From: Sminthopsis crassicaudata
Taxonomy: Eukaryota
Length of the DNA stretch: 64,000 nt
NCBI RefSeq assembly: GCF_048593235.1
Contig: NC_133622.1
Location: forward strand, 249,740,055 to 249,804,054
Direction of reading: 5' to 3'
Shown here: in pieces, positions 49,875 to 61,450 of the stretch
How the letters are laid out: each line of letters starts with the position of its first letter
Position numbering within the stretch: the first letter of the stretch is position 1
Translations under genes and position numbers: made by a program
The notes under the pieces: generated by a model
The model's database searches: none
Told to the model about the DNA's origin: nothing
Seen by the model: only the letters and a program-made list of their open reading frames with translations

Positions 49875-49929
49875 CGCCCCCTAGAGGCTCACAATAATAA
49901 GTGTAACAAATGCTACCGCTAGGTGGCGC
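49875..49929. promoter_or_regulatory. Pair of divergently oriented CTCF-like motifs
   Basis: CCTCTAGGGGGCG on - (49875-49887) and CCGCTAGGTGGCGC on + (49916-49929). Confidence 0.55.
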
Positions 49930-49964
49930 CATAGTTCGTAAGAGCCTGGAAGAGTTCCTGAGTT

Positions 49965-50160
49965 ACAATTGGATCTCAGACACTTCTGGTGAGTGTGTGA
50001 GACCCGGGTCGAGTCACTTAACCCTGTTGCCTCAGTTTCCTCCTCTGTAAAATGAACTGCAGAAGGGAATGGCGAATACTCCAGTATTCTGCCGAGACAG
50101 CCCCAAATGAGGTCAGGAAGAGTGGTGGGACGGACCAAAAGGACTCAACAACAACAGAAA
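49965..50160 (+). mobile_element. Mar1-type CORE-SINE
   Basis: tctcagacactt...gtcacttaaccctgttgcctcagtttcctcctctgtaaaatgaactgcagaagggaatggcgaatactccagtat...caacaacaacag. Confidence 0.75.
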
Positions 50161-51001
50161 AACAGTCCCTGTCCTCTCTGGGTGCTTTAGGAGTCCCAAG
50201 GGGCTAGCAGACTTCGGGGAAACAAAGGGGAAAGTCCCCGGATGCAAATAGGCCTTCCCGGCTTTGCCCAGAAGAAACCATTTACCCTTAGACCGGGTTT
50301 CTGGGCCACAGATGGAGGTCCTGCCTTTGACCCAGCGTCCATCCCTGTAAAATACCAGACCCTGGATAACTCCAACTGGATTGGTTCTGACCATGTTAGG
50401 GCAAGCAATCTGTCAAGTCAAATTAAAAAAACTCACACTTATTAAACTTACTAAGTGCAAGACACTGTTGTAAATTCTGGGCATCCAAAAAAAGGGAAAT
50501 AATAATTTACCTGCTTTACATTCTCATAGGGGAGATAAGTAAATCACTGGTGCTTATAAGAAATGTTCAGAGTAAACGAAGGGTTCACCTCAAGGAAGGC
50601 TACAGAAACTTGGGGAGGTCTCCTACAGAAGGTGGGGTTTGAGGACAGTCAATCGACAAGCATTTATTTATTTTTTAGCTTTTAATTTTCAAAATATATG
50701 CATAATTTTCAGCACTCACCTTTTCAAAACCTTGCGTTCTAAATTTTTTCGCTCTCCCTTCCGCTCACCTCCTTCCTTAGACAGCAAGTAATCCAATATA
50801 TCCACTGAGCATTTATTATGCACTCACTAGTGTAAAAGCACAAATAAAGTCCCTGCCTTACTGGAAGAGACCACATACACACAACCACCATGGACTTAAA
50901 AGATATACACAGTGCAAATAGGAGGTAATTCCGAAGGGAATAGGGGCAGGGATGACCTGGAAAGGCCCCTTGCAGAAGGTGGGTTTGTAAATGAGTCTTG
51001 A

Positions 51002-51153
51002 GGGGCAGCTAGGGGGCGCAATGGAGAGAGCACCAGCCCTGAAGTCAGGAGGACCTGAGCTCCAATGAGACCTCAGACACTTTATACTTTCTGGCTGTGT
51101 GACCCTGGGCAAGTCACTTAACTCTGCCTCCGGGAGGGGAAAAAAAAAAAAAA
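51002..51153 (+). mobile_element. WSINE1-type SINE with A-tail and 8-bp TSD
   Basis: ggggcagctagggggcgcaatggagagagcaccagccctgaagtcagg...gggcaagtcacttaac...A15. TSD agtcttga at 50994-51001 and 51154-51161. Confidence 0.85.
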
Positions 51154-51438
51154 AGTCTTGAAGAAATGCAGATAAACCAGGAGGCAGAAGTGAGGAGAGA
51201 TGGTGTTCCAAGCTCAGATCAGTGCAAAGGCCTGGAGTCTGGAGAGAAATTGTCTTGCTAGAAGGTCAGGAGGCCAGGGGAATGAGATTCCAGAGCAGGA
51301 CTCCTTAAGCTTTTCTCACTCTCGACACCTTTTCATTGGAAAACCTTTTACAAATCATTGACTACTAATCATAATTTCATGACTCCCACATTCAGTTAGG
51401 GGACTCCACAGAGGGGTTGAAGTTTAAGAAGCTGGGTC

Positions 51439-51624
51439 CTATGTATACATATATTGTATTTAAATCATACTTTAACATATTTGACATGTATTGGTCAACC
51501 TGCCATCTGGGGGGAAGGGAAGGGAGAGAATAATTAGAACAAAAGGTTTGGCAAGTGTCAATGTTGTAAAATTACCCAAGCATATATCTGGCAAATAAAA
51601 ACTATTTAAAAAAAAAAAAAGAAG
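51439..51624 (+). mobile_element. Short L1 3'-end insertion with poly-A and 13-bp TSD
   Basis: L1 3'UTR-like sequence ending aataaaactattt-A13. TSD aagaagctgggtc at 51426-51438 and 51625-51637. Confidence 0.7.
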
Positions 51625-52508
51625 AAGAAGCTGGGTCTTAGAGTCCTATGGAAGTGAATAAATTGTCAGAAGACTGGAAGGGATTCTATTCTGGGGATCA
51701 AGTGAGGTCTTTTTAGGATGCTGGAGGCACGGGCTTGTTTGCAGGCAGCTGAAAAGGATCGGGCCGACTGGCAGGGCCGGAAGAGAGGAAAAGGAAGTTC
51801 TGGAGAGAGAAGGAGCAGTTTCTGTGGAGGGTGGGGAGAATCAAAGGTTAGTTTTGTGGCAGTGAGAGTTCAGTTATGATAAGATATCGCCAGTTGGGAT
51901 TTCCTCCAGCACCCACCACCAAAGAACTGGAGCAAAGGAGCCAGAAGGGGGAGCAATACAGGCTTTGGGGCTTGGCCAGGTGTGGTCTACAACAGAATTC
52001 GGGAGGCTAGTGGAGAAGCCTTTGTTGAGTTGGTTCAACTAGGAATTGAGATATAGATAGGAAGATCCATGAGGGGAAAGATGGAATGATGGGATCAAAG
52101 AATCTGGAAGTTTGTGAACCTGGAAGTGGAAGAGTGGGGGGTGCTGGGAAGGTCAATGGTATGGCCATCCACCTATTCTTTGGACAGCTGGGTTGTGATG
52201 GAGGCTTGGATCAGAGAAAATGAATGAGTTGAGGAACCAGGAAGTTAGGGCCTTTGAGGTGGGGGCAGGTTTGAAGTTTCCTAGGATGGGAGGAGATGGG
52301 CAGGAGGGAAAGGCTATAAACCTAACCCAGACTTCTCTGAGGAAACCAATGCTGGGCATCTGGATAACTGGAAGGCAAGGTGGAGGCCCTTTCTGAGGGT
52401 GGGCTTTGAATCAGGAAGCAAAGGCCAGAGCTCTTCTCCTGCCTGGACTTGGCCAGCCTCAGAATGAAGGGACCCAAGCAGTCAAGGAAGCCCCTAAACT
52501 AAGGGCCC

Positions 52509-52678
52509 GGGGGCAGCTAGGTGACGCAGTGGATAGAGCACCAGACCAGAATTCAGGAGGACCCGAGTTCAAATCTGGTCTCAGACACTTAACACTTCCT
52601 AGCTGTGTGACCCTGGGCAAGTCACTTAACCCCAGCCTGGGGGGGGGGGGGGAGAAAGAAAGAAAAAATAAAAATAAA
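52509..52678 (+). mobile_element. Young WSINE1-type SINE with 14-bp TSD
   Basis: Intact A and B boxes (ggtgacgcagtggatagagc; gagttcaaatc) and an A-rich tail. TSD taaactaagggccc at 52495-52508 and 52679-52692. Confidence 0.9.
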
Positions 52679-52766
52679 TAAACTAAGGGCCCTTGCCCTA
52701 GCTGAAAGAACACAGCAGGCCTCCAGCTCGAAAGTACAGTGCCAGTGAAAGGAAAGGAAGTAGCAC

Positions 52767-53479
52767 NNNNNNNNNNNNNNNNNNNNNNNNNNNNNNNNNN
52801 NNNNNNNNNNNNNNNNNNNNNNNNNNNNNNNNNNNNNNNNNNNNNNNNNNNNNNNNNNNNNNNNNNNNNNNNNNNNNNNNNNNNNNNNNNNNNNNNNNNN
52901 NNNNNNNNNNNNNGAGTGTGTATGTGTGCGTGTGAGTGCATATGNNNNNNNNNNNNNNNNNNNNNNNNNNNNNNNNNNNNNNNNNNNNNNNNNNNNNNNN
53001 NNNNNNNNNNNNNNNNNNNNNNNNNNNNNNNNNNNNNNNNNNNNNNNNNNNNNNNNNNNNNNNNNNNNNNNNNNNNNNNNNNNNNNNNNNNNNNNNNNNN
53101 NNNNNNNNNNNNNNNNNNNNNNNNNNNNNNNNNNNNNNNNNNNNNNNNNNNNNNNNNNNNNNNNNNNNNNNNNNNNNNNNNNNNNNNNNNNNNNNNNNNN
53201 NNNNNNNNNNNNNNNNNNNNNNNNNNNNNNNNNNNNNNNNNNNNNNNNNNNNNNNNNNNNNNNNNNNNNNNNNNNNNNNNNNNNNNNNNNNNNNNNNNNN
53301 NNNNNNNNNNNNNNNNNNNNNNNNNNNNNNNNNNNNNNNNNNNNNNNNNNNNNNNNNNNNNNNNNNNNNNNNNNNNNNNNNNNNNNNNNNNNNNNNNNNN
53401 NNNNNNNNNNNNNNNNNNNNNNNNNNNNNNNNNNNNNNNNNNNNNNNNNNNNNNNNNNNNNNNNNNNNNNNNNNNNNNN
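52767..53479. other. Assembly gaps (N runs 52767-52913 and 52945-53479) around a 31-bp GT-rich island
   Basis: N bases in the sequence. Confidence 0.99.
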
Positions 53480-54199
53480 ATTGGCCCAGAGTCACACAGC
53501 TGGTGAGTATCTGGGGACAAATTTGTAATCAGGTCTTTCTGACTCCAGACTGGCCACTATACACTGTGCCACCCGAATAAGCATTTATGATGCACCTATT
53601 ATGTGCCAGGCTCTACATATCTGAATTTATTTGTCTTTACAACCACCTTTGGAGGTAAGTGCTATTTTCATCCTCATTTTACAGATGAGGAAACCGAGGT
53701 TAAGTGACCTGCCCAGGGCCACATAGCAGTGACTTTCTGAGCTGGTTTGAACTCGGGTCTTGTTGGCACCAGACACAGGACCCTGCCTGTGCAGGTGATG
53801 AAGGACCAGTGGAAGGGTAATGCGGCTTATGGGGAGCAGGGGAAGCGCTTGTCTGTCCTGCACGGTCACCTGGGCCGCCCAGGCCCCTGCACCCCCCACC
53901 GCGGACTCGGGCTCCAGGTGTGTGGGGGACGCTTCGCCCTTTCCCGCCGTTGCTGTAGCTACATCTTCGCCGGAGAAGGGAGGATAAAACGGGATTCCTG
54001 TAAAGCTCTTTGCAGACCCCAGGGAGCGCTGTGGTGAAAGGGTAGCCCGCCGTGGGGGCTCGCGGCTTGGTGTGTAGCTACCCCGAGAGCCGCTCCTCCG
54101 GGCCACCTGAGCGCAGTTACAATTGTAACTCCTATAATTAACTGCAAGGTGTCTGTTAGGATTATTAGTCCAATTCAAAAGCGCCCCGGCTCGAGGCTC

Positions 54200-54960
54200 G
54201 GGCTCCTCTCGCAGTGCATCAGCACAGACAGAAGCCCGCTCAACAAAGGGTTAAGTCCGGGGAACGCCGGGCCTGGCGGCCATCTTGGTTTGGGGCGGAA
54301 GTCCGTTACTCTAGCTCTGAAGTAAACGAAACCAGTTCAGGCCCCTCGGGAGCCACTGAGGGACCGGGCCCCGGCTTGGGGCGGGGCCGAGGTTACGGGC
54401 GAGGATTGGTTGAAAAGGAGCGGGGTTCCGAGGCCAGAAGCGTAGCCGCCACTTCGTCTCCATGGCAACGGCCCCTCCTCCCCGAGCGCCCTCCGGCCCG
54501 CGGCTCGGCGCGAGGCCATTCCCGGACGCGGCTACGCCAGCGGCGGCGCGCGCGCCCCCTGTGTCCTTCTCTCTGCCCGGGGCCCGGGCGGGGCGCTGCG
54601 CACTTTGCGTAGGGCCGGGCGCAGCGCATGCGCAGCTTTCTCCAGAGGCGGAGGAGGAGGCGGAGGCGGCCGAGGAAGCGACGGAGGCGGAGCCGGGGAG
54701 CCGGGAGCCGGGGAGCCGGGGAGCCTGATCCCGGTCCCGGCAGCGGCGCCGGCTCCCCCGGAGCACAGCGGATCGCGGCGGGCTCCGGCCCGGCTGGAGC
54801 CCGGGGAGGCCCCGGGGCCTGGGCCGCGCGGGACCGGACACGTCGTGACGTGACAGGGCGCCCGAGGGAGGCCTCCACATTCATCCCGGACCCAGCCGGA
54901 CAGACCCCGGGCAGCCCTCCGGGGAGAGCCACCACGAGCGGGACGCGAGCCGCACAGAGA
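54200..54960. promoter_or_regulatory. CpG island promoter of GPR137 (possibly bidirectional with BAD)
   Basis: YY1 (54276-54286), ETS gcggaagt (54295), CCAAT (about 54404), RFX X-box gtctccatggcaac (54456-54469), NRF1 gcgcatgcgc (54624-54633) and CRE/CLEAR-like gtgacgtgac (54845-54854). Confidence 0.75.
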
Positions 54961-55065
54961 CCCCCACGTTGCATCCCCTGGCGTGGACCCCAGGCCTGCT
55001 AATCTTCGGGGGGCCTGGGACGGGGGGAGACGTCTCCCCCGCTAGGCGAGCCCAGGGTTCACACA

Positions 55066-55450
55066 GACTGGCATCTTAGCCTCGGGAGACCCCCAGACTC
55101 CAAAGACTTCTGGGAGTCACTGCAGACCCCTCCCCCCTCCCCCTAGATTGGCATCTTAGCTCGGGGTCACCCCCAGGTCCCCCAGAACTGGAAGCGACCT
55201 CTGGGAGTCAGTGCAGACAGCTGCCCCTCCCCCTCCGATAGACAGACCCTGAGACTAGCATCTAGAGTGGGATCAACCCCCAGGCCCCCCAGAATCCGGA
55301 AGACACCTCTTGCAGTGAGTGTCCCCTCCCCCTCAATAGACAGGCCCTTAGACTAACCCCAGAGACCCCAGACCCTAAAGAATCTGGAGGAAACCTCTGA
55401 GCGTCAGTGCAGATACCCTGCCCCTTCCCCCGCCATAGACAGACCACCTC
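55066..55450. repeat. Diverged tandem repeat, about 85-105-bp unit x4
   Basis: Recurring actggcatctt...accccca...tctgggagtca.tgcaga...ccctcccc...atagacag blocks. Confidence 0.65.
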
Positions 55451-55818
55451 CCCAGCCCTATAACTGTGGGGGACCAGCCCCCTGGGGCGAGACCCCAGGC
55501 CCAGGAGAGAGAGACCCTGATACTTGGGAAGGGAGGTGAGGAGACGGGAGTCTGGCTGGGCAGACAGGAGGGAGGGAGAGCGCTCGTCTGGACTGTTTGT
55601 GTGTCTTGGGGCGGGAGACCGGGGCTGACCAGCCAGGACCCCCGCCCCCAGGGCCGTCCCTGCCCCTTCCCTTCTCTAAGGGAGGAGAGGTTGATGGGGG
55701 GGGAGGGAGCTAACCTGGACCCTGCCCCCCATCGCCAAGCCTGTCCTGTCCGTGCCTGCTTTCTGAAGCTTGGTCTGTTCTCTCGTTCATCCCGCCCTCC
55801 CAGGCCTCCCTGCCCGGC

Positions 55819-58113
55819 ATGGAGGGCAACCTGTCGGGGCTGGTGCCCGCTGCGGGGCTGGTGCCCGCGCTGCCCCCCGCCGTGACTCTGGGCCTGACTG
55901 CCGCCTACACCACGCTGTACGGCCTGCTCTTCCTCTCGGTCTACGCCCAGCTCTGGCTGGTGCTGCTCTACGGGCACAAGCGGCTCAGCTACCAGACAGT
56001 CTTCCTGGCGCTGTGCCTGCTCTGGGCCGCCCTGCGGACCACCCTCTTCTCCTTCTACTTCCGCGACACGGCTCGAGCCAACCGCCTGGGCCCTCTCCCC
56101 TTCTGGCTGCTCTACTGCTGTCCCGTGTGCCTCCAGTTCTTCACCCTCACCCTCATGAACCTCTACTTTGCCCAGGTAACAGGAGAGGGGGCCGAGGCAC
56201 CGTGGAGTGGGCTCGGGGTCAGGCAGCCCACCCCCAAGGACGGTGGGCCCCTGCTCCGGCCCATCCTGGGACCGCTGTGGCCCTACAGCCAGGGCTGTCA
56301 TTTACGCTTCCTCTCTCTGGCCTAGGTGGTGTTCAAGGCAAAGACAAAGCAGCACCCCGAGATGAGCCGGGGCCTGTGAGTATTCCTGCCGAAGGTCCAA
56401 CCCCCGTGAGCCCCGAGAACGGGTGGGTCAGCGTGACAGCCGCTCCCTGGTTTCTGCCCAGGAGCTACATGGGGCTGTTGTGAGACTAGGAAGTGGGCAA
56501 GAAGCTCCTTCAGGTCAGCCAATGGTGCCCGCCCGGTGCCTCCCTCCTGGCATGGAGGGCACCTGAGGTCTTTGCGGTTCCTGCGCCCCTTGGCTTTAGG
56601 GCTGACGCTCGGCTGGGGGAGGGGGCACCTGTGTGTCAGACGTAACAGTGTGAATGTTGCAGGCCAGGGGCCCCTCCCGGTCGGGGGGCGGGGGGGGGAC
56701 TGACCAGAGCCTGTGGGCCGCAGGCTGGCCGTGCGGGGGGCCTTCGTCGGGGCCTCCCTGCTCTTCCTGCTGGTGAACGTGCTGTGTGCCATGCTGTCCC
56801 GTCGGCGCCGGACGCAGCCCTGGGCCCTGCTGCTGGTGCGCGTGCTGGTGAGCGACTCGCTCTTTGTGATCTGTGCCCTGTCCCTGGCTGCCTGCCTCTG
56901 CCTGGTGGCGCGGCGGGCCCCCTCCACCAGCATCTACCTGGAGGCCAAGGTAGGGGCTTGTCCCAGGGACTTCTGGGATTGCTTGTGGGGTGGCTGGGGC
57001 TGCCTCGGACCCGCGAAGCTGGACCTAAGTAAGCACGCCCGTCTGTGTGTCCAGGGGACCAGCGTGTGTCAGGCAGCGGCCATGGGTGGGGCCATAGTTC
57101 TGCTCTATGCCAGCCGGGCCTGCTACAACTTGGCGGCCCTGGCGCTGGCTCCCCACAGCCGGCTGGACTCCTTTGACTACGACTGGTACAACGTCTCTGA
57201 CCAGGTGGGTGAGCTGCTGGGCGTCCTTGTCTGTGAGCCTCACCCTTGGTGGGCGTCCCCGGGCCCTCTCTCCTCTCCTTGGTCTGCCACGGCTCCCTTT
57301 ACTCTCCCTCCCCTGGCAGGCTGACCTGGTGAATGATCTAGGGGACAAGGGCTACCTGGTCTTTGGTCTCATCCTCTTTGTGTGGGAGCTGCTGCCCACC
57401 ACCCTGCTTGTTGGCTTCTTTCGGGTCCACCGGCCCCCGCAGGACCTGGTAAGCTCTTCCCTTAGCCCCCCGCCAGGGTCTGTGAGGGGTCAGAAGGGGA
57501 GCGTGTGCGTGGAGCCGCTAACGCCCTGTGGCCTCTTCCCAAAGAGCACCAGCCGCATTATCAACGGACAGGTCTTCACTTCTCGCTCCTACTTTTTTGA
57601 CCGGGCTGGACATTGTGAAGATGAAGGAGGACCCTGGGAGCACGGCCGGGGAGAGAGCACCAGGTATGGGGGTGCCGTGGAGGCTGCAGGGGCTTCTGGG
57701 GCTTTGTCTGTGGGGACCTCGGGGCCTGTCTCACAGCCCCCTCTGGAGACACTGCCAGCTCCAGGCGCCCTGCTTTGGCGGCCTTTGCTATCCTGTCCAC
57801 TGCCTGTTGCTCCTTACTTTGGGATGAAAGAGCTTCCCCATTCTGGCCCCTCTGGCCACTGCCCGAGGGGCTCAGGGTCCCATCTTGCTTTGCTTTCTAG
57901 CCCTTGCTTGTTGGGGCCTCTATGTTCAGTCCCCCCATCTCTCTCTGCAGCCTGTCGGGGAGCCTGGGGGCTGGCAGCTGGTATGGTGCTATTGGGCGGG
58001 AGCCCGGCTGGTGTGTGGGCAGCCAGAGCCGAAGCGCGCCCCTCCTCTTCTCCCAGGTGGCTGGGCCTGCCGGCCACCATCACCACAGCCTCTACTCCAC
58101 CCCGCAAACATGA
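55819..58113 (+). CDS. GPR137: Integral membrane protein GPR137 (lysosomal 7-TM), 397 aa, 7 coding exons
   Basis: Exons 55819-56175, 56326-56375, 56724-56949, 57055-57204, 57320-57448, 57545-57663 and 57951-58113 (1194 nt, in frame). The protein begins [27 protein letters not shown], includes RSYFFDRAG and ends [11 protein letters not shown]. Confidence 0.96.
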
Positions 58114-58343
58114 GCTCCCGCAATCTGGGCTAGGGTGGGGCGCCCCTCCTCCAGGTGGCCCCCTTCTTGCCTTCCGCAGCCCCCGGCGCAACCCTGTCCT
58201 CTGCCCTTGCCCCTGCCAAGTCTGCAGCTTCTAGTGCTGGGTCCAGCTCCTTAGCTGCTCCTCTCAGAGTGAGCTTCTGCCTCCTGCTGGGAGCGGCATT
58301 GTCCGCCATACGGAGCCCGCTACCTCTTTTGTGCCTGCTGCTC

Positions 58344-58349
58344 AATAAA
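58344..58349 (+). terminator. Polyadenylation signal of GPR137
   Basis: AATAAA about 230 nt after the stop codon. Confidence 0.7.
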
Positions 58350-59499
58350 CAGTGCCCATGCCCCCTGGGAATCTTGGTCTGGTGCTTGTGGTCTCCCGAC
58401 TCACACACTTGGCTTCCAGGTCCCGATGCTGGTCTAGCCCTGGAAAAAGGGGGGGTTTAAAATCACAGAAGCTAGAGCTGGCAAGGCAGGGCTTGGAAGC
58501 TGGCAGCAAGCAAGCTCCGCTGCCCCCCGGATCTCCGACCATCCCCTCCTGTCCTTGGAACAAGGGCCTGGCGTGGGGGGAGCATCAGTGGAATCTGGAG
58601 GGCCCAGGAGTACACAGGGAGGCAGGGAGGGGGGGAGCCTTCAAAGCAGCCTCCATTTAGAATCTGGGCCCTTCTGAGGAAGGTCAGGAGACTGGTTCTG
58701 AGGCGTTCCAAGTCCTTGTCAATCTGCAGGGCCCCATGGTGGTTGGGGGGGATGACTTGATTGTCTCTGGTGAGGAAACCCTGAAGTCAGGCCTTGTCTA
58801 GACCTTGGAGGCCTCCCGGGGTGGGGGTGGGGGTCCCTGGATGGATGAACCAAGGGCTGAGTGACCAAAGAACCACGGGCCTCTGCCCATTCTGGGAACT
58901 GACCAATGAGCTCCTGGGACTTCTCCAAGGAGTAGGGGGCAGAGCCAAAATGCACGAGGTCTGGGGTGGGTGGCGGGGCACCCCCTGGGGAGCTGGCAGA
59001 GGAAGCAGAGGGGTGGCAGTGGGCTTGGAGCCTTGAGACGGCTTCCGATGCCATCTGCTCCACGGACGGCCAGATCACGGCACCTGGTGCAAGCCCTGGC
59101 ACAGGGGGGCTCATCCCTGGGAGATACTGGAGCTGGGGGGGGCGGCCCTCAGTGAGGACAGAGCCTCACAGGTGTGCAGTGTCCTCCCCTCCTTCGCCCC
59201 GGGCCCCACCCTGTACTTGGGCCAGCCCCTGCTGAGAATGGCAGCCCCAGGGATGGTCTGCCCCCAAGGGCCCCGAGAAGGGGCAGCCCAGGCTAGTGCC
59301 CCTGGTTTATTTCCTCTGGGTACCCGGCTGACCCCTCTGGCCAGGACTTGGGCCGTCCTGCTTTGGGCCCTCGAGCTGCACAGCTGTAGAACAGCTGGAG
59401 GTGAGCAGAGGGCTGAATGGGGGGGGGGGCCCGGCAAGGGTGCAAACCCGGAAAAAGCGTGTGTGGGGGGGAGGAAGCAGGCAGAGGGAAGGGGGGCCG

Positions 59500-61450
59500 C
59501 TCAGGCCGGGCCAGGCACGGTCTCCTGCACGCATGTCCGCGGCTCTCAGAGTGTCCCAGCCCTGGCTTCCCACGCCCCCCCAGCTGCTGCTCACGGTTGG
59601 GCCTCGGGGACGCTTCAGCCAGGCGGCGAGCGGGGGCAGGGAAAGGGGCTGGCGGCCCGGGGAGGGGGCCGGCCGGCACATCGTCCTCCCGCTCCAGGGG
59701 AGGGTCCCCGCGTGTCCGTGCGAAAGTGAGTGTGGCCGTGGGCGGGAGGCACGGCATGGGCCAGATGTGTGTGCGTGCGTGGGCATGGCGTGGGCCCGCG
59801 GGAATCCGCGTCCGGGTGGCGTGAGTGGGCAGCTGGAGAATGTGGCGGAGCGGGACGTGCGCGGCCGTGTGTGCGCTGGCACGGCCCGGAGCTGCTCCGC
59901 GGTCTCTGCGGTTCCCCGCCGGCTGCTCCGCGGGTCCCCTGGGGCAGCTGGGAGCCGTCACGCCCTCTCCAGGGCGCCTTCCTCTAGCGGGGACCCGCAG
60001 AGCCTCTAGCCCGCCCTCCCCCGCGCGGGTCCCAGGTTCTGGCAGTGCGGGAGAACCCCTCTCCGCCGCCCCCGCCCTCCAGGACCCGCCCTGCGGCTGT
60101 TCCTTGAAACCCCGGACCGAGGCGGGGGGGGGGGGGGCGGGGGGTCTTGGGCGCGGCGCCCCTCGGAAGGAGGAGCGCTGCCCCCGCCGCTGGGGCTGGG
60201 GGCGCGGAGCCGGCCGGGTCGGGGCCGAGTTCCCCTTCCCCTCCCCCGCCCCGGGCTAGGTGGGGCGCCCGCTCCGTCTGCGGGAGGATGCTGCAGCCCG
60301 CCCGGGGCAGGGCGGGGCCGGGCCAGGTGTGGCGGCGGCGGGCGCGGGAGGGAGCCCGGGGCTCGGCCGGAGCCCCCGCCGCGGACCCCCTCCCTCCCTC
60401 CAGCCGCCTTTTCTGCAGCTCTCCATCACTCTGCTGCCGCATTCCTCCCTTTCCGCTCCGCTTCCTGCCCTTGGTCTCGCGTTCCTCTCGCTCCCCGGCT
60501 CCCCGGGCCCCCGCTCCCCCCGCCTCTTCCTCGTTGTCAGCCCCATCCCGCTCCGGCCGGTATCCTCTTCCCCCCGAGTCCGCTCGGTCTCCCCTCCCCC
60601 CAATAAGTGCCCTGAGAACGGGCTGGTGAAAGGGGCAGAGGTAAGGGAAGGAGCTGATGGAGGCAGAGGAATGGGTACAGGGCAGGGGCGCGACTAAGGG
60701 TGGCCCGGGACCGCGCACTGGCGGGTCCCTGGAGGGTCAGCGTGGGACGGAGCGGGGAAGCGGGCCAGGAGCGAGGCTGACAGGAAAGCGGGGAGCGGCT
60801 CCGGCATCAGGTAGATGGAGCTGACGCCCCCTCCCCCCCCCCAGCGTCCATGATCGTCACCGCCGTGACCAGGAGGTTTGGGGCAAGAGCGCAGCTCCCG
60901 GGGGGGCGGCCGCCCGTCTCGAGGCCGTGCCATGAGGCCCACCACCCTCCTGGCGCTGCTGGCTCTGGTGCTGCTCTACCTGGTGTCCGGGGCCCTGGTG
61001 TTCAGGGCCTTTGAGATGCCAAAGGAGCAGCAGGCTCAAAGCAGTTTGGGAAAGACCCGGGAAAACTTCCTCCGGGCACACCCGTGCGTTAACCTGTCCG
61101 CGCTCCAGGCTTTTATCGAGGTGAGCTGGGCTGGGGGCACGGGAGGGGGCCGGCCCGGCTCCTCCCCCTGCCGGGCGCTGTGGGGAGGGCGAGGCGGCCC
61201 GGGCGGTGCGGATGGGAACCTCGGGCGCGCCCCCGCAGCAGAGCTCTCGGGGGAACTTGGCTGGGGCTCAGAGCTGGAAGCTGGTGAGACTGGCTGCGGG
61301 GGATGTCCCCAGGAAGAGAAGGGCGGGGGCCCAGGCTGCGGGAGGGCGTGGGAGCAAGGTGCAGCCGGGGTTCCGCGGGCTTCGGGGAGTCGCCCTCCCC
61401 CCCAACTCTGCAATCCGGGCGGCGTCAGGCTGGAACCCCCCTGAAAAAGC
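59500..61450 (+). promoter_or_regulatory. CpG island / promoter and 5' region of KCNK4
   Basis: CpG-dense region upstream of and over the first coding exon. A strong acceptor (C-run then CAG) lies at 60844. Confidence 0.65.

Noticed and set aside
51002-52678. tRNA genes suggested by A/B-box sequences
   Set aside because: The boxes belong to tRNA-derived SINE heads followed by core, A-tail and TSDs. There is no complete cloverleaf.
52459-53580. ORFs of 200-353 aa in the track
   Set aside because: Artefacts of translating N runs.
59885-59940. REST/RE1 silencer upstream of neuronal KCNK4 (gctgctccgcgg twice)
   Set aside because: Only partial half-site similarity with wrong spacing. It needs a PWM scan to be credible.
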